Assembly (NCBI RefSeq): GCF_035594765.1
Contig: NC_085843.1
Coordinates: 53,304,201-53,368,200, forward strand
DNA from: Anolis carolinensis
Taxonomy: Eukaryota
Direction of reading: 5' to 3'
DNA length: 64,000 nucleotides
The stretch's first letter is position 1, and each line of letters starts with the position of its first letter. Under the pieces are notes generated by a model. It saw nothing but the letters and a program-made list of their open reading frames with translations. It was not told the origin of the DNA and did not search any database. The position numbers and the translations under genes were made by a program. Of the stretch, positions 1-14,586 are shown piece after piece.

Positions 1-850
1 CTGAATTCCTGAGCTAAGCTGAGTCCTTTATCTACACTTGGACAGAATAATTTATTCAACTAGATCAATTTTTTATTTTAAAAAATCATGTTATATTGTG
101 TAAGAAGCATTCAAGATTGACAATTTGAAAAGTAAATTAGTGGCCGATTTCTGGGTATATGAAATAGATTATCAATTACATGTAGAATTGATTCAACAAT
201 GTCTCTTGTCACCAAATGCAAAACTATTACAATATGTCTTGGGTCAGAATTATGATGAGGAAAGCATTAAAGAAAGTCCAGCGGGCACCGTGACCTTGAT
301 AATTTCCCATTAGTGTGAGCTGTTGATTTTATACATATGTAGTAGCTATTATATCTTAGCTCTCTGTGCATATAAATGTGCTGAGTTTAACTGGGCAGGG
401 TATGAAGCAAACCTGCCACAAGGCTTTATAGATCTGCTTTAAACATCAGCTTTATCAGCCATCTGACATTTGCATGTAAATGTATTTCACTGACATTTTG
501 AAATAACTACTTACTTTGCAAAGTGCCAAAACTCCAAAATGCCTATAGCTCAAGCTAGAGCTGAAATAAAAAAATATGATTGTTCAAAGTAGTGTGGCAC
601 AACCAAAAGTAAAATAAACATTAAATCATTTTTTCATGATTTTATTACAAAAGTATGTAAATATGGTGCTATAATATTAGATAATGGAATAATTGCACAA
701 TATAAATGTCTTTAAATTAATAATATGACTTTAAAAATCTTGCATAAATCCTAGCTTTTCATGTGTGTGTATTCAGATGCAGATTTAATTCAGGGGTGCC
801 CTTCCCATGAGGATGGTGTCTTACCCCTCTTTTCCCTCATAACTGAACAA

Positions 851-908
851 AATCATAGATTTGGAAGGGACCTCGTGGGCCATCCAGTCCAACCTCCTGC
901 CAAGAAGC
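851..908 (-). mobile_element. CR1 LINE 3'-terminal fragment
   Basis: aatcataga-ttggaagggacctcgtgggccatccagtccaacc matches the reverse complement of the CR1 3' end at 37110-37185. Confidence 0.8.
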
Positions 909-999
909 CAAAAAGTGTTTCATGAGAACGGTTGAATCTAATCCAATATACTCTTCAAGTTTAATATTGGCAAGATAAGCTACCTGCATTTGCAAAATA

Positions 1000-1322
1000 C
1001 AGTAGAGTCTCACTTATCCAACATAAACAGGCCGGCAGAACATTGGATAAGCGAATATGTTGGATAATAAGGAGGGATTAAGGAAAAGCCTATTAAACAT
1101 CAAATTAGGTTATGATTTTACAAATTAAGCACCAAAACATCGTGTTTAATAACAAATTTGTCAGAAAAAGTAGTTCAATACGCAGTAATGCTATGTAGTA
1201 ATTACTGTATTTACGAATTTAGCACCAAAATATCATGATGTTTTGAAAACATTGACTACAAAAATTCGTTGAATAATCCAGAACGTTGGATAAGCAAGTG
1301 TTGGATAAGTGAAACTCTACTG
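1000..1322 (+). mobile_element. Tc1/mariner(pogo)-type MITE, copy 1 (subtype A)
   Basis: TIR CAGTAGAGTCTCACTTATCCAA, TA TSD at both ends, five copies in the window. Confidence 0.92.
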
Positions 1323-1865
1323 TAGCTTGAGAACACATTCTATTTGTTTGATCTTTGCGTACAACAGAAACGATGGATTGTTGCATGTCAAAACTGTCAT
1401 GTCAATATAGTTATGATGATTTCAATTGCATGAGCAAGTCACCTGACATTTAAAACCATAGGCATGCTCTTTCAAGCAAAGGGAGACCTTATGATTTTAT
1501 TATTATCACTGGTATTTTATTATTATAAAAGACTACTACTATACCCAACTGCATGAATCATAGATTCAAGTACGCATTCAGTACTTGATGCAATAGGTTT
1601 ATTCTGCTTAGAACTTACCAAGAGGTTTCCAAATTATATCTGGCTCTATTAAGACTGATTTTTGTTGTGTGCAAATGGCAGCTGTAAATGCTGTAATATT
1701 GGATTTTAAAGTAGTTATGGGACAGCATAACTGGTACAAGTTCACATAGACAAATTTGATGTGTTCAACTTTGGCAATATTTATCCATTTTGAGGAAATA
1801 CAGTGAAATAAATGTAGGGTTTTTTTTTGTTTTTTTTTGTTTTCCTGGCAAAACTTACCCTCCTT

Positions 1866-2096
1866 AGGACTCATCTACACAGACCATTTAATGCAGTTTG
1901 AACCTAGCTTCAAACTGCAGTGACCAAATTCCCACAAAAATATGCAAAAAACCCCCCAAAAAACCTCTTAATGTACACCAGTGCCATCAGGTTACCAAAT
2001 TAGTTCCAAGATTTCCTGTGTAATCATCTGCACATCAAAACCATTTTATTCAATACCTCTTTGAAACTGAATTAAATGTTCAGTGTGGATGCACCC
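1866..2096. mobile_element. PIF/Harbinger-like MITE
   Basis: Imperfect TIRs ggactcatctacacagaccatttaatgcagttt / aaactgaattaaatgttcagtgtggatgcaccc. Confidence 0.65.
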
Positions 2097-5000
2097 AAGA
2101 TTTCTGGTCAATGAGCATATAGATATATAGATATTGTTATATACATATATGTACATGTGCATCAGTGAGTTTGTTCATAGATAAGGAAAGATAACTTAAG
2201 TTAGCAATTATACTCTCTTACCCATAGTTCTCAAAAGCATTCCCAACCAGAAAATTAAAAGTTTGAGGAGCAACGTGTTTAACTATGTGGACACTTGCCA
2301 ATTAATGAAATTTTGTACATGTTATTAGAAAAGTATAGTGCCTTGAATCTAATTTTTCTGATGAAACCTCTGACTTTATATTGTCCCATGTATTCTAGTA
2401 CAATGAAGGATACTTCTGAAATCATGGGTATGTCAGGAGAACAGTCAAAAACCAGATGCCCAAGCCTGTGGGCATCCATAAAGTTGCTCATTAAGTCCCA
2501 TCCAATAGATGTCCAAAATAAAATTTGGCAAGATAAATATGAAATGTAATAAATGTCAGTTGTTATGATTTTTTTTAAAGCCCTAATATTTTGGCTTCAG
2601 TTGGGGGTATCTGCAATAATATGTTTTGATGGTTATCAGAAAACCCCTTGGAAGTTTCCTTCTATCTGCTTTACCCTTTTTTGTTTGGTTTTGGTTTTTG
2701 CTTTGCATTTAAACACAGAAAATATGTTTTATTGAAAATGCAACAACTCCCGCAGGAAAGCACTCTAGCAGCAGTCAGGATTCAGTTATTCGCCCTGTGT
2801 CTGCTGTGAGAAATGTTTATCTCCCTGCTCCCTTAGGTAGCAATGGCTTTCTCTCTTCTAAAAGAATGTCTACTGGTCAGTGTATTTCTAATTCTCTCAG
2901 AACAGTCATTTACATATCAAAGGCCTGGGATGAGTAAACATACTTCATGGTTCCATCTGTGATTTCATTCACTATTGAGACTGAAAATAAAAACTGTGTA
3001 CTACTGAAGAAATGTTTGTCCTTCAAGTCCATACTGTTTTTCTTTTGAATTTTCACAGCAAGCTATGGCACATTTCGTTTTTTCAGAGTTGTGACAGACT
3101 TTTTCCAACTTAATACATGTTTCAATAAAGCAAATACTGTAGAAATAATAGTTTGACAAACCTTAAAAACAAACTCATTGCTGTTTTTGGTAGTAAAAAC
3201 AATTTCTTGCTTTGTTTCCCAACACTAAAAAAATATTATAGTCCTTTACTTTTATATGTACAAACAATGCTGGTGGTGGAAAAAGAGAATATATGTATTA
3301 TATTTTATTTTATATCCTGCTTTTCTGCAGGATGGGATTTGATTTTTGCTAAGCAACAGATAAAATCTCTAGGGTTTTAAAAAATTATTTCATTAACAGC
3401 ACGTGCAGGGTCTACTCTCATAGATAAGTCACACAGGGCTTTGTAGGATTTATTCCATAGAAAGTGTTTTTGGGATTTCTGCGTAACAGCAAATGTTGAT
3501 AAAGATTTATGTTGATATCAGGGAATAAGTTCTTCCTTGAAAGTTTGGAACATGTACCATTAAGGGAAGAGGCATTTCTGCTCATTGTTCTAATTTTCTG
3601 GGTGATGATCAAAATACTTTTCATTCTCTATTGAAAAATGTAGTACATATTAAAAGCTGCAGTATTATTTGAAAATTTTAATCAAATACATTTTGATTTA
3701 AAAGTAAGCAATGCCTTACTAGATTTGTATGAACTTTTTGATATGACCTGAGTTGCTGAATTTTCTACAATTAATTAGTAACAGAGGAAACTATTAATAG
3801 ACTCCCCACCCTGCCCCCGGTATTGCCTGGTTCCAATCCTTGTAGAAGTGACATTACTGTGGAATATTTTGATGAGAACTGAATTCTCAGAGAACAGATT
3901 GATTAAACTATGAATTTCCTTTGGAGAACAGTCATTTCTCTGGAAGAAATAAATCCTGCCCAGTGCTCATTTATATTTCTGCACTTATTAAAATATGTTT
4001 CAATTTTCAATTGCTCATTTCCTGGCATAGAAGCTTAGCTAAGAGAATGGATTACAGATAATTTATTTTCTTTTTCTTCTTCATGCATTTTAAGCAGAAC
4101 TTATTAGTTAGTTGGACTGTGAACTGGACTTCATCTTCTGCTATTTCCCACTAGAACAATAGCAACAAACAAGTCTTCATGAGTTCATTCACATTTTTCC
4201 CTATTATCATTAAACCCACAGATAACAAAGTGAGGGAGGTATCAGTAAACCTGTGGTCCCTTCCGTTTCCTATGTTTTATAGTATCTAATAAATGAAGTT
4301 TACATGAACTAACTTTTGCAGCACTGACAAGCAGAAGGACATCCCCAATTTATCAAAGAGTAGACAGTGGAAAATAACGGGCATAATATCTCATCTAAGA
4401 TGTACTCAAAGCAGATCTCATATCAGCAGGACCTGTCATTAATTTATTATCTGCAAAGTCAACACAAAAGTTTGAAACAGGTTTTAAGCATTGCAAAAGC
4501 AGCAAGGTTCACACTGATTTTCAAGCTTCAGCAATGTCCCTTCTGGGTTTACTATGATATGTAAATCTATTCAGCTCAACTTTTTTCCACAAACGTATGT
4601 TAAGTTTAAGTTCGAGGGCAGCTTGTATGGGGAATGAATCCACAGAGGAACACAAGAAAAAAGGCTATTATGGAAACACTTGGAATGTAGCCATTGCCCA
4701 AAGAGCAATTTGGAATCTTCTAAACTCGTCAATCATAAAAAAAAAAAGATGTATTGTGCTGCACGACCTCATTGCCCTCTAGCAGCACTGATCCAGAAGG
4801 AGAGCAGCTGTCACTGGCTAGCTTCCCAATGAGCTGCTCAGTAGCAGATGCAGACAGCTCAACAAAGATTTAATAGGGCTTCAAATATTAATTCTCATTT
4901 TGATATTTTGAAGGATATCTATTTTTTATAGGATGCCGGGCCCAGACACTGACATGTTTAGTCTCCTGAAATGTTATCACTTGAACTCATCTCCCTGTGT

Positions 5001-6749
5001 CAAGCTGTTTTATGAAGCATCTTTCTAATAGAGGTGTCAATTGATACAAGTCCTGGAAGCTCAGCCTTTTTGTACATGCCTGAGCTACCTGTTGCCACAA
5101 ATAAAAGCCACACTCATTTGTGTTTTTGAAAAACTCACTGCATTAATTATGTGCATGTATATATTGTGGGTGCACACATGTGGTGCCAGCCTGCATATTT
5201 TTGGGATGGCTGTGTTGTGCACATGGCCATTACCTGAATCTTAGCTTGGGCCTATCTACTGACATAGCAAAAAGAGGAGGAAAATGGAGCCGAGTTGCCT
5301 ATTTGGCATACTCACTCATTCAGTAACATTCTTTTTTACTCTCATGTATAGTGAATAAGAGTGTTGGGTAGGAAGAAGATCGATGGTGAGGCATAACAGT
5401 GAGACACATTGATTGGCAGTGACTTGTTTATTTTGCTTCTTCAGTTCTGTGGCAGCCAGGTCAGCCTCAAGGAGGTGAGTTGTGGGAAAGATTTCAGAAG
5501 CAAATGAAATATGGGAAGGTAGCCAGGCAGTGAAAGGCATCATGAAGACAGGTGCTGTAGGGCTGCAGGGTCACTCATCCAGCACCAGGCTTCTGATGGA
5601 GCCAGCAGGAAATAACGCAAGCTTTGAGGCTGTGTTAACACTTAGGTTGGTTGGGCAGCTGTTTTCCCTGGCTATTTTGAACACCCTTTGATAAATGAGA
5701 GACCTCAATCCTATTCAGAATTACAGCAAAGTGATAAAAGATTATATGACTGAGCAAGTATATGAATCAACTGAAATCTGGAATGAGACTATTGGCAGGA
5801 ATGGGAATTTGTAAACCCAGTTGTCTCTACCAAAGAGCTATAATGCAGGAAGAAAACAATATCAGGCTGAAGCAGAGAAGCATCATTTTACAGCTGTTTT
5901 ACCTTTGCACATGCAAAAGATTGCACATGGATTTTTTGTCAATTGTGCTAGTTTTTAAGGACTATGGTCATCAGCTTTTCTGACCCTGGATGGTTGATCC
6001 TGGCTATTTCAGTAAGTTTGTTTGGACTTTGCTTCCACACAGTGGCTCTGTTTACAACATTCAAGGCCACTTAACATGGCCTGAACTACATATTTAAAAG
6101 TCATGACTTGCTGCAAATTTCCCTAAGAATCTGAAGCAAACTATGTAAGCAGTTGTATCTGTTCCAAGGTAGAATTGGCTGTAAATATTTACATGTCATC
6201 CCATATTCCCCAGGCTCCCAAGGACATGGGATAGCACTCACTGCCCCCCCCCCCCTTCTCATCATAATGGCAGCCACTGTGCATGACATGGTTTCTGTCT
6301 ACATTCATCACCCAGAGTGACGTTTCCTAGGGCCCAAGGACGATTAGAGAAAGGAGGGGGGGAAGTAGAAGGCAATTTCTCTCCCCCCCCCCCCCCAATC
6401 ACTCTGGTGCCCTAGCTGACATTATTCCAGGTGATGAGCAATGGATCCTAGCTATGTTGTGTCTGGTGGCCACCACTACGATAAGAACAGGAAGATCATG
6501 ATGGATTTGCAGCTGCTAGATGGTCAGGACTCCTCACCTCCACAATGACCTGGGAGCTGTTAGTCAAAACCATGTCAGGATCCATCTGGAATTTTACACT
6601 CCTGATTAGCCTTGAGATAAAATGCCTTGGTAGTAGTTTGTTTACACTGTAAATGTGATCTGAATCTGAAATCAGTTAAGTCAACTCCAATCCTTGCAGC
6701 AAAAAATCAGACTCTTTAGCATCTTCCTGATGCTTGCCTCAGCAATTAT

Positions 6750-6885
6750 ATGTGTATGTGCACACCTTCAAGCTGCCTATCAACTTACAGCCATTTCATG
6801 ATTTTCATCGGGTTTTCTTAGGCAAGGAGAATCAGATGTATTTTTGCCAGACCCTTCTTCTGACATATAATAGTCTTAAAATTCT
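6750..6885 (-). mobile_element. Degenerate squamate SINE 3' fragment
   Basis: ccttcaagctgcctatcaactta...gggttttcttaggcaagg pattern, related to 63035-63262. Confidence 0.45.
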
Positions 6886-7843
6886 CTACTTCTGCTGTGC
6901 AAAATACAGATTATAGGAAATCTCCTATAATAGTGTATTTGTATGGTCCACATTGGTATGCAAGGGATATTGTGTAATTACAATACCATCCATTTTTCAA
7001 AGCATGACATAGTCACATTTATTTATTTTTATTTTTATACATTGCAGGCAAGACACACCCCATGCTAAACATATTAACACAGATTCTGCTTGAAATGCAC
7101 AATGTTATCCCAAATGAACACCTATGAGTATTTTTTTTTCAGGCTTCAAAAAGATATCACATTATGTTTTAGAGTGTATCTGTTTAATTTTGATATTAAT
7201 AACTTCATCTTATAAGAGAAATATTGCATCATGTTATATTTTGTATTTCATTTCTCCACTTCAGAAATAACTACACAGTATACTAATGTAATATATAGAA
7301 CTTTCAGGGCATTCTGATGATTCAGTGTTTAATAAACTATAGATATTTGTAGACAAGGAAATAGAACCAAACCTGAGCCATTCACTAAATAAAGACTCTG
7401 CATTACTAAATAGTTATTTTAAAAATATAATAACAGAACTGGCAGAACAAGTTTTAACCTTTTTTCAGCAATTGTGTACAATATGTTTGCCAAACACTTT
7501 ACTCTTGGGTCAATTTCAAAGTATTTTCAGCAGTATCCAATTGGCTTAGCACAATAGATAGTAGTGGCTATAGCATCAAATTTAGTACATCAATCTACTG
7601 TAGTGCTGTTTTGTGTTTTCCAGATGGCAGCATTCTGTGTAGGGCGCTATTACAGGAGACTCTCAGTGTGCTTCCAGACAGCGCCAAATCATGGGATTTG
7701 TTAGAGGGGCAAAAAAAAAAAAAGGACCTGAGAGCACACAGACCTGTAGGTCCTCCGTTTTAGAAGCCCACAAGATGGCTGCGAGATGTCCAGTGAAAAT
7801 TCTGGCGGTTAAAAAATAGTTTAAATACACTGATGTGGATATG

Positions 7844-8409
7844 CACATAGCTTGTACAATTTTTGTTCCCGGGTTATAAATGTTGGTTCCTCATTGGTTC
7901 TATCATAAAAACATGGGCAAAGTTGTTTAAATGGAACAAACTGGCTGATGAAGCAGACACTTTACCACAGGGGCCTTATTTCTCTTTTTCATTGCTCCTA
8001 CAATGAAAAAGCTTTTGCTGTTTAATCAACTTTCCCCGTGTTTTTATGATAGAACCAATGAGGAACCAACATTTATAATCCATGAACATCACCCCCTTCT
8101 TCCAGACAGAAATACATAATCAAAGCTGTCCAGATAGATGGCCATTCAGGCTCTGAATAATGATAATAATGAACAAAATCTTTTCATAGTTTGCAAGTAT
8201 TATTACCTGTTTAATTGTGTAGTCCTTACTCTGAAAGTAGTTGTACTCCAGAAACTTCAATTTTGTGCCAAAAACTTTGTTAAATAGATGCATGATAACG
8301 TCCCCCTTGCAACAACAAAGTGTTTGCCATTTAATAAACTTTCCCCATGTTTTTATGATAGGACCAAAGAGGAACTGGCATTTATAACCTGGGAACAAAA
8401 ATTATAGTG
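7844..8409. mobile_element. Chapaev3-like non-autonomous DNA transposon with long inverted arms
   Basis: An arm of ~65 bp (ttgttcccgggttataaatg...ttggttctatcataaaaacatgg) at 7865-7931 is inverted at 8021-8087 and again at 8327-8400. CAC...GTG termini. Family name is from recollection. Confidence 0.6.
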
Positions 8410-8992
8410 TAGAAACCAACAGAAAGAACCCCATCTTTTCTGAGTACGGGACATGCGAATAACCCCATCTTCTGGCCGGAACCAGGATATTCACAGACCT
8501 TTTTATCTCTCAGTTTTCCGGCTTTGCAGTAATTGGTCATCTGATGTTAATCCATGTTAATTTTATACTTGACATGGCTATTAATATTATTTGGTGTACT
8601 GTTTGATTTGATTCACCTTGCTATACACATTTGTATCTGGGTTTTTTTTTATCAAGTTTTGGGAAGTGAATGGTAGATTCTCTAGTCTAGTCTAGCTTCT
8701 TTCTTTCCCTAAACACTGAGGCCAAAGCTACTAGGAAGATAGCTACACTGCAAATGTGAATAAATGTTATAGCAACTTAGTTGTTATGGATTTTCCTTAA
8801 AGAATCCTTTATCTGTTTAATAAGAAACATTATAGAGTTATACTTCACAGAGTTCTCTGGAAAAACAGAATTGTAGTTAAATCATAATTGGTTTTGACAC
8901 ATTAACTGTGACTACTTTGTAGTTGACATCCAACTTCCTCTGCTGGTTACTCATACCACTGAGAAGCCTGCAAAATTTCAGAATTGCCACTT

Positions 8993-9145
8993 AGACCTCC
9001 TCTACACTGCCATACAATCTAGTTTCTAAATCCAAATTATCTGCTTGACCTGAATTATAGGCAGTGTAGACTCATATAATCTAGTTAAAAGCAGATAATC
9101 TGGATGCAGAAACTGGATTACTGTATATGGTAATGTGGATCCAGA
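8993..9145. mobile_element. Harbinger-like palindromic MITE
   Basis: tctacactgccata...tatatggtaatgtgga ends; same family as 57877-58060. Confidence 0.65.
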
Positions 9146-10133
9146 TTTTGCATCCTTGTGAATGTTCAGGCATGCCTGAAAATTGTGTGTTTCATTTCAC
9201 TATAAATTTCTGTTCTTAAATTTGCAATGGTAGTGGGCATCATTTTCACTTTCTGTATCTTTTCCTCAAAACATTTTGGTGTTCAAATTCTATGCAAAAT
9301 AAAAAGTACTACAATTTAAAAAACAAAAAAAAACAAAGACTGAAGAATTATTTGTATTAGACTCAATGAAACTGTTCAAATATGATCTATTATCTTGCCT
9401 TTAGTTTATCACAACCCAAATGGTTCACCTTCAGATTAACTTTGGCAGACTCTTCAATCACTCTCGGAAGCTGAGACTGTAGAAGGTCAATAGTGTTATG
9501 GAATTTGGCTTACCAAAAGGGACACCTGGGCTCTCAGAATTTGTTTTTCTGCTATTTGTGTCAAAACCAGAATGAACTCAACCGAGACTACCCCTGTTTC
9601 AGTATTGATTTAACCAGCAGCTGAAAGGGATAAGAACTGAGAATTTCTAATTTAGCAGGAGTCTTGGCTGAGTCCAAAGACAAATAATACAAACCTACTG
9701 TTACTAGAGAAATTACAGCTTCTGTGACATGAAAAAAGTCAAACAGACAAAAAGAACAAGTTGGAAACTCTGCATGTCAGTACTTTAAAAACAACCTGGA
9801 ATTGTTTTTGGGGGTGGGGGTGGAAGGACAATAATATATATTCTTATTGAACATAAGTAGCTGAAAGGAGAGTTGTATCAGCAATATTTAAAATAGCAAT
9901 GCTAAATCAAAAAGAGTATTTCATATTAGTACTGCTGAGATGTCAATAAATACTAAAAATTAGGAGCATAGCCCTTTGAAATTCTCTTACATAAACCCCA
10001 TGAAATGAATGAGAGTGCAGTCCTTTCTTTAAAAACAAATTGTATACTTTAAGTGCAATTAATATCATATGTTTTCTATGCTAATTGTTAGGCAAATCAA
10101 AGACAGATTTTTCACTCCTTTTAAGGAAGCTGG

Positions 10134-11005
10134 GGGCACATATACACTGACCATTTAATGCAGCTTGAAGCCAAGTCCAAATGCAGTGGGTAGAAAACAC
10201 ACATCACCAACGTATACTGCAGTGTAAGTTAAAAGATTTAAAGCACATCACACGAAGTCACAAAAGGTCTGAGTTAAGGTCCTTAATGCACTTCAGTGAG
10301 CCCTGAACCTAAACCACACTGCATGGCAAAATCATATCTGCAGAATGCAAAGTGCTTTATAGACATCCACCTGTGCTGGAGCACATTTTAAAATTTGGAA
10401 TGTGTGGGTAGAGGCTGCTGAAAAATATGCCAAGTGTATAGCTGGACCCAGGTTCAAATCCCGGGAGCAGAGTGAGCACCCTCTGTTGCTCCAGCTTCTG
10501 CCAACCTAGTAGTTCAAAAACATGTCAATGTGAGTAGATCAATAGGTACCGCTCCAGTGGGAAGGTAACGGCGTTCCATGCAGTCATGCCGGCCACATGA
10601 CCTTGGAGGTGTCTACGGACAAGGCCAGCTCTTCAGCTTAGAAATGGAGATGAGCACCAACCCCAGAGTCAGACATGACTGGACTTAACGTCAGGGGAAA
10701 CCTTTACCTTTACCTATAGCTGCACAGCAGGGGGCAAATAGATCCCCTGGAACAAGTCATTGGTTACCTTCACTTTCTTTCTCTCTCTTTTTTTCACCTC
10801 TTATGCCTCTAGACTGCTGGTGCACATCTTCCCAGAAATGGAGAAAAACTGGTTTCTGGAACCAGTTTGAGGCTGTGGTTAATGTAATCACAATCCTGGT
10901 ACTCAAAAGCTGTTCCAGACATGTAAATCTAATTACCCACACCATGAAAGCTGTATCTCCCAAACTAGTTCCAAACCAACCTAAGTGATCAGTGTAAATG
11001 TATCC
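10134..11005. mobile_element. Harbinger-like MITE interrupted by a Sauria SINE
   Basis: Left end ggcacatatacactgaccatttaatgcag, right end gatcagtgtaaatgtatcc; related to 1866-2096. Confidence 0.55.
10448..10714 (+). mobile_element. Sauria SINE, 5'-truncated
   Basis: B-box ggttcaaatcc, core gtgagtagatcaataggtaccgc, BovB-like tail (acctt)n. TSD tatagctg at 10437-10444 and 10715-10722. Confidence 0.92.
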
Positions 11006-13254
11006 TCTGAAAAGCCTCTGAAATATTTTTCTTTAATCACATTATTATTCTCTTTTCAAAATTACTATTGTTTTGTCAAAACGGCACATTCTCGGGCTAT
11101 TTGCATATGCCTTCATTAGGTTTGACTGTGTTAAACAGAATCGGGGGTTATCCTGATGTGAGTGGTTCTTCTTCCACAGCTGTGGCAGACCAAAGTTGCA
11201 TTGAATAGGACCTTAACACTCACTCACTATCATCAGTAGTCATAAATTATTTGTGGTTCACCCCAAAGTTTGGCAAGGTCAATCAGGCAACTTGGTGAGA
11301 AGGAAAATAGTGAAGTTCCCCCAGGATGAGGACAAGCAGTAAATGGATATAGATAGAAGAAGAGCAATGCATTTGACAATGATAGAAGAGAGCAGAGAGA
11401 TGAAGGAAAGTAAAATGGCAATGTGGAGAAAAAGAACAGAAAGGAAAAAGACAGAAAGGAGGATACAAGAAGTGGCACTTTAAGAGACAAGCTGAGAACA
11501 AAGTTTGAAGGAAAAATATTGTCAATATGTTATGTGACAGAGTAGTAAGGGTAAAGAAAAGGAAGAATGCAATGGGATGGGATGAAATCAAGACGCCTGG
11601 GAATGATGCCTGGGAATGTATGAGAAGCTCAAATACTGGCCAGTGAAGAAGAAATTTATTCTGAAAAGCTTAAGAAATATTAGAAGACGGGCAAAGTCCA
11701 CCAGCTAAGGAACCCACATGAGCAATATTTTCCTGATGAAAAAAATACTCCAGTGTTTTGAGATGCCCAAAATGTCTGTCAAGGACTAAATCCTAAAGAG
11801 GGATTGGTCTAAATTTCCACTAGGACAGTGGTCTACTACATGGGTGTCAGCTTTTAAACTGTTTTCCAGCCTTTAACCCGATCCCTCCTGATCCCTCCTG
11901 TATTTTGGCTAAACATCGTTTAGCCACCCCCCTTTTAACCCAGTATAACTCGGTTTATAATGCATATGTAGAAGAGTCCTCAGAATCCCTGACCACTGCC
12001 CATGCTGATGGGATTAATGAGAATTATTCCAATTGGATTTTGGGAACCAGGTTTGAGAAATTCTGCACTAGTAAGATATGGGATGCATTTTAAATTTCAG
12101 GTTCAATTGTCTTCATTTTTAACATTAGAAATTTTTTTGTTTAAAAGGCTTTTATAAATTTTAAAATACTCAGAAAGCTTTTATAAGCATTTTATATGTT
12201 CAAACTGCACTTAAAGTGATGCTAAGAATTTTTCTGTCTGACAGTCTAAAATGTATAAAAGATGTTTACATAGGTGACTTCAATACAATTTTTACCCAGT
12301 TATGCTTAAAGTCCATGTGGATTTTTTAAAATCAAAATGCTGTTCCTGACATTCTTCTAATGTACTTATGATCCCCATGCATTTACATACTACTAAAATA
12401 TAGTCTCTTGATCCCATCTGTTTCTTCATTAAGTGTTTAATCATATTTAGGAGAAAGGTTGGATATATTTATTTAAAATAAATAAATTAAATAAAACATT
12501 TAAAATTGTCTAAATGTCATCAATCCCTACCTGCAGTTCTCTCCCCAGTTGAATTAATTAACGTCTGGGTATATTTATTGTACTTATCTCGGAGATTTGA
12601 AAAATAGCAGCATGAGTATTTGATTTGATTTCAGATAACTGCCTTATTGCCTTTGTTTATTAACTATATTTATTTATCTCAAATATTTATATAAGAGCTT
12701 TAACCTCTTATACAATTGAATTTTTTTATTCCCTCATGGCTAAATGTCAACACCATGGTTTCTTTAGTAAAACTGTTTCTGTTTTAAAATGTTTCTCGCT
12801 ATATTCTTGTAATAAAACCTTGGCACCAGGTAAAATGATTTTTTCTAGTTATTTCAATATAATACTACCTGACCTTTTATTCTTAATGTGAAATTTCCCT
12901 AAATATATGCCTAATGCTTTATTGGATTTGATTTTGATATGTGATGAGTTTCTATCTACACTACCCACTGTGGGCTAGTTATTGGTTTTGTTGATTTTGA
13001 GGCTTACTGTTAGTATGAAGAGAGTCTCCTGTGGAGTGGTTGTTTTTATGATGTTTTCTTTCCTTACTCAAAGCATTAATACTTTATATTATATTTCCTC
13101 TAGTTAATGCATCAGGAAAATCTATTTCCCATATTTTCCTATATCCTACTCAGACCCAAAAGCAAATAATCTACTGTGATGTAAGAGACCATTCAATTTT
13201 TTTTACTAAAATTAAATCCTGACTTTTGGCTAATTAGTAATTTGTGTGAGCCCA

Positions 13255-13855
13255 AGGACGCATCCAGATAGCTTGCAAAATGCGCACGCTCCTACATTTT
13301 TACCTGGGGCATCCAAACAATTCCTCAAGTAAAAGCGAACTAATTTGGCACAAAGCAGGAAAAGTGAATTTATTTGGCATGTGGAAAGATCCAGGTCATG
13401 GCACGTGACTTCCGGGCCCAATCCACACAGCTGTCTTGGGATTTCTGGGATCCTAGACTCCTAAAAATGCAAGACAGCCTCCCCACCCCCACGCTCCGAA
13501 AAGCCTTTAAAACTAAAAATTACTTGCTGCCATTATTCTGCTGCCAACCTTCTCCTGGTGCATAGAAATGGTGTGCCAGGAGAAGGGCGGGGGGAGGAGC
13601 GATTTTCCTCCTGCCCCCCTTCTGGCATGTCATTTCTCAGTGCCAGGAGAGGACTGGCAGCAGGGTAATGGTGGCTGGGCAAGTAATTTTTAGTTTTCGG
13701 GGGGGGGGGGTCGTGCTGTCTGGGTGCCCTACCAGAAGGGCCGGTAGGGCATCTGGACACCCTCCCCCAGAAAAGTGTGTGGTGAGTGTTTTCCACCAGT
13801 GTGGGACAGAAGTCCAGCCTGACCCGGGTTTTATCCCCTATGTGGAATTGGCCCT
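13255..13855. mobile_element. Probable Harbinger-like non-autonomous element
   Basis: Degenerate TIRs aggacgcatccagatag / ctatgtggaattggccct around a GC-richer interior. Confidence 0.4.
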
Positions 13856-14586
13856 AGATGTAAAGTCATTTTAATCTCCACATTGAGAAGTATTGACTCC
13901 ATATCTATATCTCTAACACAAATACACTTTAATTTAAAATTATTACTACTTAGAAATTTATTTCCTCAGATGTATACAGTTGTACACAGTCTACCAGCCA
14001 CTATTGCCTTGATTTGTGGCAGAATGCATATGAAGAATAGCAGCAATAACATAGATATTTTAAGGAAGCAGGAGAAGGCAAAATTGCGAATCTCCTTCCA
14101 AGTTTCATTTCTATGTTTGTGCTCCCCTTGTTCCAAACTGCATGGTTTATAAATGCTGTTGTTCACATATCATCTGCATGCAATATTGATAATGGATCTG
14201 CCTTTCGGTAAAAAAAAAATTGCTGAGCAATGGCAATCATTTTATTCTTTTGATTTGGCTGCCAAAGGGGCTGAAAATAAAAGCCTGCTACAATATCAGT
14301 TCTGTCTCCATTGCATCTGCCATCCAGGAATAGTTTCATTCAGCATTAGTAAAGGGAAAGAGCCATTCCATCAGCTCTGCTGAAACATCAGCACTTCACA
14401 GCTTATTGTGACTTTGAACTATTTTCATTTTAACCAGCCATCAGTAATACCTGACTGCATTAGAGGTCGTCATTATAAGAACAGTATAATGGTGACTTAA
14501 TGATCATGTTTTTCTTTACCCTTTCTATCTCTTTTTGCTTTGTGCATTTTTAGACATGGTCCTAGATCATTGGTGTCAGATCTGGA

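Noticed and set aside
11233-11591. Hydrophobic Phe/Leu/Ser-rich ORFs
   Set aside because: Low-complexity purine-rich tract read on the opposite strand.
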